Source: an uncultured Pseudomonadota bacterium (GTDB lineage: Bacteria > Pseudomonadota > Alphaproteobacteria > Rhizobiales > Beijerinckiaceae). Taken from it: 64,000 nt of DNA. How positions within the stretch are numbered: the stretch's first letter is position 1; the number at the start of each line of letters is the position of its first letter. The notes beneath the pieces are model-generated. The model was not told the DNA's origin. It saw nothing but the letters and a program-made list of their open reading frames with translations, and did no database searches. Location: positions 9,362 through 73,361 of the forward strand of contig CAVSEY010000001.1 of assembly GCA_963727035.1 (NCBI GenBank), given 5' to 3'. The translations under genes and the position numbers were made by a program. Of the stretch, positions 8,554 to 18,289 are shown in pieces.

Positions 8554-10574
8554 AGCTCATTTTCTTTCGAAAGGGCGGTAGCTAGCAAATATTTTTCGAT
8601 GAACGGCAAGGCAAAGCGAACTCTATCGTTTGCAAATGTCAATATGCCTTTCGCGACGAAATCGTTTACGAACAAAAGCGGGTCTATATCAAAGTCGTAA
8701 ATGTCAGCAAAATTTCGAGTGTAATCAATAAGTTCTGATTGCGTAAATGATGCTTTTTCTACATTGAGCTTAACCGTTAACTTTCGCAAAAAGGTGGTCC
8801 TAGTCGTTCTATTCAATTGAACTTTAGCGGTATCACCTGCGACAACGAAGCTTAAAAATCCATCGGTCGCCAGTTGGATTAATTCTGACCGGCGATTCGC
8901 TTGTAAAAGCTTTTGCAGACTGTCTTTTGATATCCCTGCGAAGTAGGTGGGGTGAGCAGAGAGATTAAAACGTTCAAACGTTTTGCTAAGTTTTAATGAA
9001 ATTACCTCCGATTCCATCTCCGTCATATCAAAATTTAATCTCACAAAATTTGTTAATTGCATAAATGAGACATTGGTAATCTCAAATGCTTCAGCTCCGG
9101 TGCTGACTAAAAAATCGCCTTCGGTTATGAGGTCACCTTGATTTTTGGTTATGAACACAAATCGCGCATCCACATTTTCGCGGAATTGTTTGATAAGAAA
9201 TTCTTTCTTGGTCTGGTTTGCAAGTGGTATGCCGTCGATCACGAAAACCGGCTGTATTCCGGACTGGGTTGTGATGCCGTCGACACTGGTTTGAGCGCTA
9301 TGCGTCAACGTGTGCTTTGGCGGCCTGATGTCGTCGCCGTTGACGACAATTGGCACGAGTTGTTTCTGGTTTACGACGACTGTTAGAAGTTCATTTGCGA
9401 TTACCCATGGTAAGCTATCGTCGGGATAATTTCTATCTAGACTAAAAAGTGTAACACGATGACTTATTATCGCGTCAACGATTTCAACCGGAGTTTGCGC
9501 GGTTGGCTTGTTGCCGATCAAACCGTGCTTGAAATGTCTAGCTCTAGGAAGGGGTAATTTATATCCCTTGTTTATCAATCGATAAGCGTGCGATAGCTCG
9601 CGGAGCTTTGCGTCGATTTCGTTATTGATGTTGTCAATGATCGTGACGAGTGATGGCTGAACTGACGGGACCGCTGTTTGTTGCGGAAGGGTGAGCTGCG
9701 GTTGTTCATATTGTCTTCTGCCGAGGATGAATTCTTTGACATGCGGATTCAGTAGTTGCGCCTTCAGAAAAGATGACGCGTTTTGCGCTGCCATTTTTCT
9801 TGTAATGCCGCCCGTCGTCTTTTCAAGTTCAGCTTTACCGACGGCTAAATCGGATATTCCTCGTATGGCAATCGCCGGGATTCGCCGAGTTTTAGCCTCA
9901 TCAAAGACGCCTCCTGACTCGGTTTCAATTGCGAGCACCTTTCGGCTCGCGTCTTTGAGGCTTGCGTTGTAATCGCTGCTTTCTGAGACGGCGCCGCAGG
10001 CGATCGTACCGCCCATGCTTTTCGGTTCGGCCAGCACGCTAATTATGTCGCGGCCCTTCGATTGCGGAAGCTTTGCAATTTCCGATTGCAGCGCGATTTT
10101 TTGTTTTGCTTGCCATTCCTGATGGATATTTTCGATATTCGGGCGCGTTCGCAAGAAGTTAAATGCCGCGGTTAGCGTATTGGGCGTCTCATAATATTTT
10201 GGAAAAAACTTCAGCGTAGCTTTGTCGTCTCCGTCGGATGCTTTCGCATTATCGAGAACGTCCAGAATTTCTCCCGTATAGCACACGTCACAAAGGGAAA
10301 GGTCTTTGGATAGCGCTCCAGCAATACCAAGGCATACAACGATCCCAACATCAAATTCATCCGTAATTGTTCGGAGCGCCTTTTCCGAAGATGGTCGGCC
10401 CATTTCGAAGGCTTGAACTGCGATGATACGGAGATCAGGATCGGGGGAATCCATTTCGTACCGCCAATATAGAGGCGTACTATAATCTTTTCTCCACGGG
10501 AATTGCGATCTAAATTCCTTGAGCTCTTCCTCTAGCGGAATAACGATAGCTATATCAAAATACTCGCGCGACAT
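8545..10574 (-). pseudogene. N-terminal fragment (677 aa) of the IS-interrupted protein: PNP_UDP/MTA-nucleosidase-like domain plus a degenerate STAND-like region
   Basis: Track ORF 8538..10574. The last Ser codon and the stop are supplied by the IS end. The N-terminal 285 aa carry DIAIVIPLEEE, GIAGAL, LAIETESGGV and IAIRGISDLA (nucleoside phosphorylase/nucleosidase fold). Further on there are VFVIDGIP and FVFITKN but no Walker A motif. The fragment is low-GC. Confidence 0.8.
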
Positions 10575-10782
10575 TTATTCGGTGCCCCGTGTTTTGTCAG
10601 TGTGCCGAAGCGCTTCACTTGTGAAGGGTCGTCAAATGAGCGTCCCGTGGTCGTGGATGGTTCCATAAATAAGAAAAAGGCATTTAACGTGTGTCTGCCT
10701 AATTCCCGGAGGATTACAGCCAAAGGCGAGAGTAACGACTTTTTTGTAGACGGGCACATCGTTGCCGCCTTAGTTTTCTGCC

Positions 10783-13700
10783 TCAACTACACCCCGTCGT
10801 CGCCCCACAGGTATCGCACTTCAAACACGTCCCATTGCGCACCAGCGTAAAATTCGCGCACTCAGGACACGCCTCGCCGATATAGCCTTTCATCCGCGCT
10901 TCGGCCCTTTTGTCGAGGGCTTCGTCGGGGAGTTTGGTTGGCGGGGTCCAGGTCAGGGTGTCGAGCAGGCTGGCGGCGTCGGGCTCGACCAGGGCGCCGG
11001 GTTTCAGCGCCGTGGCGCCGAGGCTGACCACTGCGACCGTCGGCGTTTTGGTCGGCTCGGGCGTGTTGGACTGGACCAGCATCAGCTTGTCGGCTTTCGA
11101 GCGCACAAAACCGCGCGAGACGAAGCGCGAGGTCGGCGAGGGCTGGCCCGAAGACGGCGCGCGGCCCTGGTCGTCGCCTTTGCCCATCGCCGCATGGCCG
11201 ATGTCGGACGGGTCGACATGGGCGAGGTCGTTGCGGCCGAGATAGGAAATCGCCAGTTCGCGGAACACATAATCAAGGATCGAGGTCGCGTTCTTGATCG
11301 CGTCATTGCCCTGCACGAAACCCGCCGGCTCGAAGCGGGTGAAGGTGAAGGCGTCGACATATTCCTCCAGCGGCACGCCATATTGCAGGCCGACCGAAAT
11401 GGCGATGGCGAAATTGTTCATCAGGCTGCGGAAGGCGGCGCCTTCCTTGTGCATGTCGATGAAAATCTCGCCGATGCGGCCGTCCTGATATTCGCCGGTG
11501 CGCAAATAGACCTTGTGGCCGCCGACCACGGCTTTCTGGGTATAGCCTTTTCTGCGGTCGGGCAGCTTTTCGCGCTCGCGCCTGCGCTCGACGCGCTCGA
11601 TCACCCGCTCGACGATGCGCTCGGCGATCTGGGTCGTGCGCGCCGGATGGTTCTGGGCCATGAAAGCGTCGAAAGCGTCCTCGTCCTCCGCCTCGTCATC
11701 GGCGATGAGCTGGGAATTGAGCGGCTGCGACAGTTTGGAGCCGTCGCGATAAAGCGCATTGGCCTTGATCGCGAGGCGCCAGGACAACAGATAGGCCGCC
11801 TTGCAATCCTCGACCGAGGCGTCGTTGGGCATGTTGATGGTTTTCGAGATCGCGCCCGAGATGAAAGGCTGCGACGCCGCCATCATGCGGATGTGGCTCT
11901 CGACCGAGAGATAGCGTTTTCCGGTGCGCCCGCAGGGATTGGCGCAGTCGAAAACGGGCAGATGTTCGATTTTAAGATGCGGCGCGCCTTCAAGCGTCAT
12001 CGCGCCGCAGACATGGATATTGGCGGCGTCGATCTCTGCCCTGGTGAAGCCGAGGAAGGAGAGCAGTTCGAAACTCGGATCGTCGAGCTTTTCGGCCGGG
12101 ACTTTCAGCTCGTTGACCAAATAAGTCGGAGCCGAGGCCGAATTTGTTGAAGACGAATTTGATATCAAAAGTTCCCGGCAGGGCCTGGGCGATCTCCGCC
12201 AGTTTTTCCGCCGAAAAACCTTTTGACGCGAGAGTCGTCTCGTTGACGCCCGGCGCCTGTTTCAGACTGCCGTGGCCAACCGCGAAAGCCTCGATCTCGG
12301 CGATCTGGGCTTCGCCATAGCCGAGCGCCCGCAGGCCTTCCGGCACGGCGCGGTTGATGATCTTGAAATAGCCGCCGCCCGCGAGTTTCTTGAATTTCAC
12401 CAGCGCGAAATCGGGCTCGATGCCGGTGGTGTCGCAATCCATCACCAGGCCGATGGTGCCGGTCGGGGCGACCACACTGACCTGGGCGTTGCGATAGCCG
12501 TGCTTTTCGCCAAGCTCCAAAGCCTTGTCCCAGGCCGCGCGGGCGTGGACGATCAGGTCCTGATCGGGGCAGGAGGCGGCGTCGAGCGCGACCGGCGTCA
12601 CCGCGAGGCCTTCATAGCCATCGCTCTGGCTATGGGCGGCGCGGCGGTGGTTGCGGATGACCCGCAGCATGGCGCCGGAATTTTCCGCATAGCGCGCGAA
12701 GGCGCCGCGCTCTTTCGCCATTTCCGCCGAGGTCGCATAGCACACGCCGGTCATGATCGCCGACAGCGCGCCGCACAGGCTGCGGCCTTCGGGCAAGTCA
12801 TAGGCAAGGCCCGAGGACATCAGCAAGCCGCCGATATTGGCGAAGCCGAGGCCGAGCGTGCGGTAGTCGTAAGAAAGCTGGGCGATGGCGCGCGAGGGGA
12901 ATTGCGCCATCAGCACCGAGATTTCCAGCACGACGGTCCACAGCCGCACCGCATGTTCATAAGCCGCGACGTCGAACTTTTTGGTCTGCGGATCGCGGAA
13001 CTGCAACAGGTTCAGCGAGGCGAGATTGCAGGCGGTGTCGTCCAGGAACATATATTCGGAGCACGGATTGGAGGCGCGGATTTCGCCGCCCGCCGGGCAG
13101 GTGTGCCAGTCGTTGATCGTGGTGTGGAATTGCAGGCCGGGATCGGCCGAGGCCCAGGCGGCATAGCCGATCTTTTCCCACAGTTCGCGGGCGGCAAGAG
13201 TCTTGGCGGCCTTGCCGTCGGTGCGGCGGATCAGGCTCCACGGCCCATCCTGCTCGACCGCGCGCAGAAAACCGTCGGTGACGCGCACCGAATTGTTGGA
13301 GTTCTGGCCGGAGACGGTCAGATAGGCTTCCGACTGCCAGTCGGTGTCATATTCGGGCAGGTCGAATTCGCGGAAACCCTGTTTGGCATATTGGATCACG
13401 CGCTTGATGAAACTGTCCGGGCACTGGGCGCGGCGGGCGAGCTTGATCTCGCGTTTCAGGGCGGGGTTCTTTTCCGGGTTGAAGCAATCGTCGCCCGAGC
13501 CCTCGCAATTCACCGCGGCCTTGAACACCGCCTTCATGTGCTTGCGCATGATTTTCGAGCCGGCGACCAGAGCCGCGACTTTTTCTTCCTCGCGCACCTT
13601 CCAGTCGATGAAGGATTCGATGTCGGGGTGGTCGACGTCCACCACCACCATCTTGGCGGCGCGCCGCGTGGTGCCGCCGGACTTGATCGCGCCCGCCGCG

Positions 13701-14491
13701 CGGTCGCCGATCTTCAGGAAAGACATCAGGCCGGAGGATTTTCCGCCGCCGGAGAGCTTTTCGTTTTCCGAGCGCAGCGACGAGAAATTGGCGCCGGTGC
13801 CGGAGCCATATTTGAACAGGCGCGCCTCGCGCACCCACAGGTCCATGATGCCGCCCTCGTTGACGAGGTCGTCCTTGACCGACTGGATGAAACAGGCGTG
13901 GGGCTGCGGGTGCTCATAGGCGGATTCGGAGGCCTTGAGCACGCCGGTGTCGTAGTCGACGAAGAAATGGCCCTGGCCGGGGCCGTCGATGCCATAGGCC
14001 CAGTGCAGGCCGGTGTTGAACCATTGCGGCGAATTGGGCGCGGCGATCTGGCGCGCCAGCATGAAGCACATCTCGTCGAAAAAGGCCTGGGCGTCTTCTT
14101 CCGTGTTGAAATAGCCGCCCTTGAAGCCCCAATAGGTCCAGGCGCCGGCGAGGCGGTCGAACACCTGCTTGGCCGAAATCTCGCCGCCGAAGCGCTCCTT
14201 TTCGGGGAGCCGGGCCAGAGCCTCCTCGTCGGGGACCGAGCGCCACAGGAAGGAGGGGATGGAATTTTCCTCGACGCGCTTGAGCCGGGCGGGGACCCCG
14301 GCCTTGCGGAAATATTTTTGCGCCAGCACGTCGCAGGCGACCTGGCTCCAGGCGGCGGGAACCTCGATGCCGTTCTGGGAAAAGACGGTCGAGCCGTCCG
14401 GGTTGCGGATTTCGCTCTTGGTCTCCCGGAACTCGATGGTTTGATAGGGAGACTGTCCCGCCTTGGTGTAGAGCCGCTCGATCCGCATCAT
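10783..14491 (-). pseudogene. nrdJ: class II (adenosylcobalamin-dependent) ribonucleotide reductase NrdJ, split by an apparent 1-nt frameshift near 12117..12124
   Basis: Track ORFs 11990..14629 and 10783..12168 overlap in different frames. The N-part starts MMRIERLYTKAGQSPYQTIEFR... (ATG 14491, RBS GGGGGA) and contains NPCSEY. The C-part carries [14 protein letters not shown]...[42 protein letters not shown] and a C-terminal Cys cluster. The junction reads ...[11 protein letters not shown] / [11 protein letters not shown]. Confidence 0.85.
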
Positions 14492-14800
14492 TTCCCCCGA
14501 TTTGCGTCTGCCGCGACGCTTTTCAATAAGCTTGCCCGAATTCGTGAACCAACGCGCGAGAGCGAAGGCGCCGCATGAATCGCCGTTCCAGGGAAAGCCC
14601 CGGCCGGACGAGACGAACGCCTTGGTCACGCGACATGATTTGAAAGCTGCACGCGAACGCGGCTTTGGGGCGCGCGTTCGTCACTCCCCGGCGGGCCGTT
14701 GGGCCGCGCGCCCCTCGTCGAAATCGGGCTAAAGCCCTGCAACTTCGAGGCGGCCGGCGACGGCGCCGGGATGTCATGATTTAAATCCAGCTCGCGCGAA

Positions 14801-14848
14801 ACGTCAAGATATTGCGTCAGTTTTCCACTCAACCACTACAATTTGAGG
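14801..14848 (-). promoter_or_regulatory. putative tandem NrdR boxes upstream of nrdJ
   Basis: cgtcaagatattgcgt (14802..14817, core CAAGATATTG) and ccactacaatttgagg (14833..14848) match the 16-bp NrdR palindrome acaCwAtATaTwGtgt at about 11/16 and 10/16 positions. Their centres are 31 bp apart. Confidence 0.4.
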
Positions 14849-14929
14849 ATTGCGGGGACAATTTCAACGGAATCTTAAGAAAGAATTTGCAATCGCCCCC
14901 CTGTTGGCGCAGCCACAAATTCGCCCCAT

Positions 14930-15664
14930 TCACAAACCGAGCAAAGGTTTGAGAAGCGGAAGAATTATGCTGGTGAGGGCGCCGTTGAGGCCCATGGCGA
15001 TTCCCGCGAAAGCCCCCGCGGTCGAATCAATCTGGAAGGCGCGGGCGGCGCCGATTCCATGCGAGGCGAGCCCCGCGGCCATGCCGATGGCGGACGGATC
15101 GGTGATTCGCAGCGCGCGCATCAGCGGCGTCAGGATGATGGCGCCGAACACGCCGGTCGCGATCACCAGGGCGGCGGTAAGGAAAGGCGCGCCGCCGAGT
15201 TTTTCGGCAAGCCCCATGGCGATGGGCGAGGTGACCGATTTCGGCGCCAGCGACGCCATGATTTCATGCGGCGCGCCGAGAAGCCAAGCGATTCCCACCG
15301 CGCTGACGATGGCGACGAGCGAGCCGACGCAAAGCGAAGCCGCGATCGGAAGCGCCGTGGCGCGCACCCGTTCGAGATTGCGGTAGAGCGGCACGGCCAA
15401 AGCGACGGTCGCCGGGCCGAGCAGGAAATGGATGAACTGGGCGCCGGCGAAATAAGTCTCGTAGCTGGTTCCGGTCGCTTTCAGCGCCACGATGATGAAA
15501 ATCGCCGCCATGGCGACGAGATTGGCCGCCGGATGGCGGTTGCAGGCGATCGAGATCCGGTCGGCGACGAGATAAGCCACGAGAGTCAGCGTCAGCCAGG
15601 ACAGCGGGCTGGCGGCGAGATAGACCCAGACTTCGGGGTGGGGCTTGAGCAGCGTGGGGATCAT
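14930..15664 (-). CDS. lrgB: LrgB-family membrane protein
   Basis: Starts MIPTLLKPHPEVWVYLAASPLSW... and continues ...PKSVTSPIAMGLAEKLGG, polytopic. I chose the start at 15664, which overlaps the lrgA stop (ATGA). The upstream part of the track ORF is an Arg-rich shadow. Confidence 0.8.
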   Translation of the reverse strand: MIPTLLKPHPEVWVYLAASPLSWLTLTLVAYLVADRISIACNRHPAANLVAMAAIFIIVALKATGTSYETYFAGAQFIHFLLGPATVALAVPLYRNLERVRATALPIAASLCVGSLVAIVSAVGIAWLLGAPHEIMASLAPKSVTSPIAMGLAEKLGGAPFLTAALVIATGVFGAIILTPLMRALRITDPSAIGMAAGLASHGIGAARAFQIDSTAGAFAGIAMGLNGALTSIILPLLKPLLGL

Positions 15665-16017
15665 CGCTCGCTCCGCGCGAGCAGGCGGAAGGTGAGGGCG
15701 GTCGCGGCCTGGGCGAGTGCGGTGGACAGGGTCACCGCGAGAATCAGCGTCACCGCGTTGGCGGCGAGGACGTCGAAATAGCGCATCAGCCCGACCGAGG
15801 CCGGCACGAACAAGAGGGAGAGATGGCCGAGCAGGCCGTCGGCGGCGGCGCCGAGCTGTGGCGGCGCGGCGCGCGCGCCCTTGCCGCCGCGCAGAAGCAG
15901 AAAGGCGAACAGCAGGAACATGCCGAGCACCGGGCCGGGCAGCGGCAAGGCGAAGGCGTGGACCAGGAATTCCCCGGCCAGTTGGCAGGCCAGGATGGCG
16001 GCGAAGGCGGCGACCAT
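15661..16017 (-). CDS. lrgA: CidA/LrgA-family holin-like protein
   Basis: MVAAFAAILACQLAGEFLVHAFALPLPGPVLGMFLLF..., four hydrophobic segments. ATG at 16017 with a GGAGAA RBS. Confidence 0.75.
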   Translation of the reverse strand: MVAAFAAILACQLAGEFLVHAFALPLPGPVLGMFLLFAFLLLRGGKGARAAPPQLGAAADGLLGHLSLLFVPASVGLMRYFDVLAANAVTLILAVTLSTALAQAATALTFRLLARSER

Positions 16018-16159
16018 TCGTGTTCTCCATTGGGCCGGCATCGGCGCGCGGCCCCGGCCCGGCGGCACGATAGAACAAGGTACGACTGGACAGAAGGTCA
16101 CGACGCGGCCATATTCCGCGCCACTTATCGTCGGCGGGGCGAAAACGGGATCAAGCGCG

Positions 16160-16567
16160 ATGAAATGGCTCGTCCAATTTTTCACCTGGTGGAACGGGCA
16201 GACGCTCAACACCCGGCTCTATACCTGGCTTTATGGCGAGCGCGTCGGCGAGGACCAGTTCGGCAATATCTATTACCGCTTCCACAATGGCGAGATCGAC
16301 AAGGCGCTTGGCTTCAACCGCCGCTGGGTGATCTTCAACGGCGAGAGCGAGGGCTCCAAAGTGCCGCCCGGCTGGTATGGCTGGCTCCACCACATGACCG
16401 ACGAACTCCCCACCGAGACGAATTACACGCCGCGCGAATGGGAAAAGCCCTATGTCCCCAACCAGACCGGCACGCCCAACGCCTGGCGTCCGCAGGGTTC
16501 GACCCTCGCCTCCGGGACCCGGCCGCGGGCCACGGGCGATTATCAGCCCTGGTCGCCCGAAGCGTGA
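16160..16567 (+). CDS. NADH:ubiquinone oxidoreductase subunit NDUFA12-family protein
   Basis: MKWLVQFFTWWNGQTLNTRLYTWLYGERVGEDQFGNIYY...RRWVIFNGESEGSKVPPGWYGWLHH. Internal ATG of track ORF 15881..16567. Confidence 0.8.
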   Translation: MKWLVQFFTWWNGQTLNTRLYTWLYGERVGEDQFGNIYYRFHNGEIDKALGFNRRWVIFNGESEGSKVPPGWYGWLHHMTDELPTETNYTPREWEKPYVPNQTGTPNAWRPQGSTLASGTRPRATGDYQPWSPEA

Positions 16568-16609
16568 CGCGCCGGTTGTGACGCGCTGACGCCGGGGTTC
16601 GATCGCGAC

Positions 16610-17563
16610 ATGAGGTTTTCCCGCTCCTTCATCCCGGTTCTGGCCGCCATTCCGGTTTTGGCGGGCGTGGGCGCCTTGGCCGCGCCGGCGCGCGCCGACG
16701 AGATCCGCAATCCGACCGCGATTTTCGCCGGCATCGACAAGATCACCGGCCGCATCACCACTTTCGACGTCGCCATCGACGAGACGGTGCAGTTCGGCAC
16801 GTTGCAGGTCACGCCGCGCGTCTGCCTCACCCGTCCTCAGACCGAGGCTCCGCTGACCGAAGGCTTCGTCCAGATCGACGATGCCGAAAACGGCAAGATG
16901 AAGCGGATTTTTTCCGGCTGGATGTTCGCGGCGAGCCCCGGCCTCCACGGCGTGGAACATCCCGTTTTCGACGTCTGGCTGAAGGATTGCGTCGGCGGCA
17001 AGGAGGTCACGCCCGCGCCGGCGAACGCCGCGCCCGAGGTCAATCGCGCGCCGCCGTCCAACGCCGCGCCGGAGCCGGCCGAAGGAGCGCCCGCCGGCAA
17101 GGCGAGCCGCACCATCAAGCCGCAGGAGCCGGTCGAGCCGTCGATGGAAAGCCTGCCGCCAAGCCCGGCCGATGTCGATTCGCCCGAACTTCAGAACCCC
17201 GGCGCGCAACCGCCCGACGAGACATCGCCCGGGATGGAGCCGCCCGCGGCGCAAACACCCGAGACCCAGGCGCCGCCGGCCCCCGCGCCGGGCGCGCGCG
17301 GAAAACGGCGCCCCCTGCCGTCGGATCAGCTCGAAAACCCGGACAACAGCCTGGGCCCCCCGGTCGAGGTCGGGCCGGCGCCGGGCATGCAGCCGGAAGG
17401 CGAGCCCATCGCGCCGCCCAAGCCCGCGCGGCGTTCGAAGCACAAGCGCCAGCCGGCGCCAAATCCTGACGCCGCGCCGGTTCCGCCAGCCGACATCCCG
17501 GCGCCCGCGCCGCAGCCTTCCGGCCCGCAGAACCTGCTGAAAAACCTGCCCTTCATGCATTGA
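16610..17563 (+). CDS. DUF2155-domain periplasmic protein with a long Pro/Ala-rich C-terminal tail
   Basis: Signal peptide, then AIFAGIDKITGRITTFDVAIDETVQFGTLQVTPRVCLTRPQTEAP...GWMFAASPGL. The last 190 aa or so are a low-complexity proline-rich region. Confidence 0.75.
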   Translation: MRFSRSFIPVLAAIPVLAGVGALAAPARADEIRNPTAIFAGIDKITGRITTFDVAIDETVQFGTLQVTPRVCLTRPQTEAPLTEGFVQIDDAENGKMKRIFSGWMFAASPGLHGVEHPVFDVWLKDCVGGKEVTPAPANAAPEVNRAPPSNAAPEPAEGAPAGKASRTIKPQEPVEPSMESLPPSPADVDSPELQNPGAQPPDETSPGMEPPAAQTPETQAPPAPAPGARGKRRPLPSDQLENPDNSLGPPVEVGPAPGMQPEGEPIAPPKPARRSKHKRQPAPNPDAAPVPPADIPAPAPQPSGPQNLLKNLPFMH

Positions 17564-17570
17564 GAAAACG

Positions 17571-18239
17571 TCAGCGTCCGCGCGCGAGGCCCAGAACGGT
17601 CTCGGGCGCGGCCCTGGCGTCGAGGGCGTGAAAGTCGCCCTGGATCGCCAGCGCCGCATCGAGCCTGCGGTGATATTCGGCGCGGCTGATTTCAATCGCG
17701 CCGAGGCTTTCGAGATGCGGCGTGACGAATTGCGTGTCGAGCAGGGAAAAGCCGCCGAAGCGCAGCCGCGCCACGAGAAAGGTCAGGCAGACTTTTGACG
17801 CGTCGGTGGCGCGGTGGAACATGCTCTCGCCGAAAAAGGCGCCTCCCAGCGCCAGGCCATAGAGACCGCCGGCCAGCTCGCCGTCGCGCCAGGCCTCGAC
17901 GGTGTGGACGACGCCCATTTCGAACAATTCGCGGAACAGGACGGCGATGGTCGTGTTGATCCAGGTCTTTTCGCGCCCCGGCCGGCTTTCGGCGCAGCCC
18001 GCGAGCACGGCGTCGAAATTCGTGTCGATGCGGATGTCGAATTTTTGCGTTCTTATCGCCTTGGCGAGGCTTTTCGCGACGACCAACCCGTCGAGCGGGA
18101 AAATCCCGCGCTCGCGCGGGTCGAACCAGTGCAGATATTGGGCCTCCGCGTCCTCGGCCATCGGGAACAGGCCGGCGGCATAGGCGCGCAGCAGAATGCG
18201 CGGCGTGATCGCTTCAGGCTTGGGCGGAGGCGGGCTCAT
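17571..18239 (-). CDS. aat: leucyl/phenylalanyl-tRNA--protein transferase
   Basis: ILLRAYAAGLFPMAE...WFDPRERGIFPLD...GGLYGLALGGAFFGESMFH. Confidence 0.85.
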   Translation of the reverse strand: MSPPPPKPEAITPRILLRAYAAGLFPMAEDAEAQYLHWFDPRERGIFPLDGLVVAKSLAKAIRTQKFDIRIDTNFDAVLAGCAESRPGREKTWINTTIAVLFRELFEMGVVHTVEAWRDGELAGGLYGLALGGAFFGESMFHRATDASKVCLTFLVARLRFGGFSLLDTQFVTPHLESLGAIEISRAEYHRRLDAALAIQGDFHALDARAAPETVLGLARGR

Positions 18240-18289
18240 GGTCTATTGTCGCCCCCGGCCGAGGCCGCGACAAGGTTGAATTGCGCGAG

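Noticed and set aside
12272-14578. 768-aa plus-strand ORF.
   Set aside because: It is exactly antisense to nrdJ. The Arg/Gly/Ala-rich composition is typical of a GC-rich shadow frame, and the minus strand carries unmistakable NrdJ motifs.
14492-14800. Possible cobalamin riboswitch in the nrdJ leader.
   Set aside because: I could not find a B12-box-like core (for example GCCACTG) on the coding strand. Only an Infernal scan could settle this.
16151-17695. 514-aa minus-strand ORF.
   Set aside because: It is antisense to the NDUFA12-like and DUF2155 genes, and it is Arg-rich shadow sequence.
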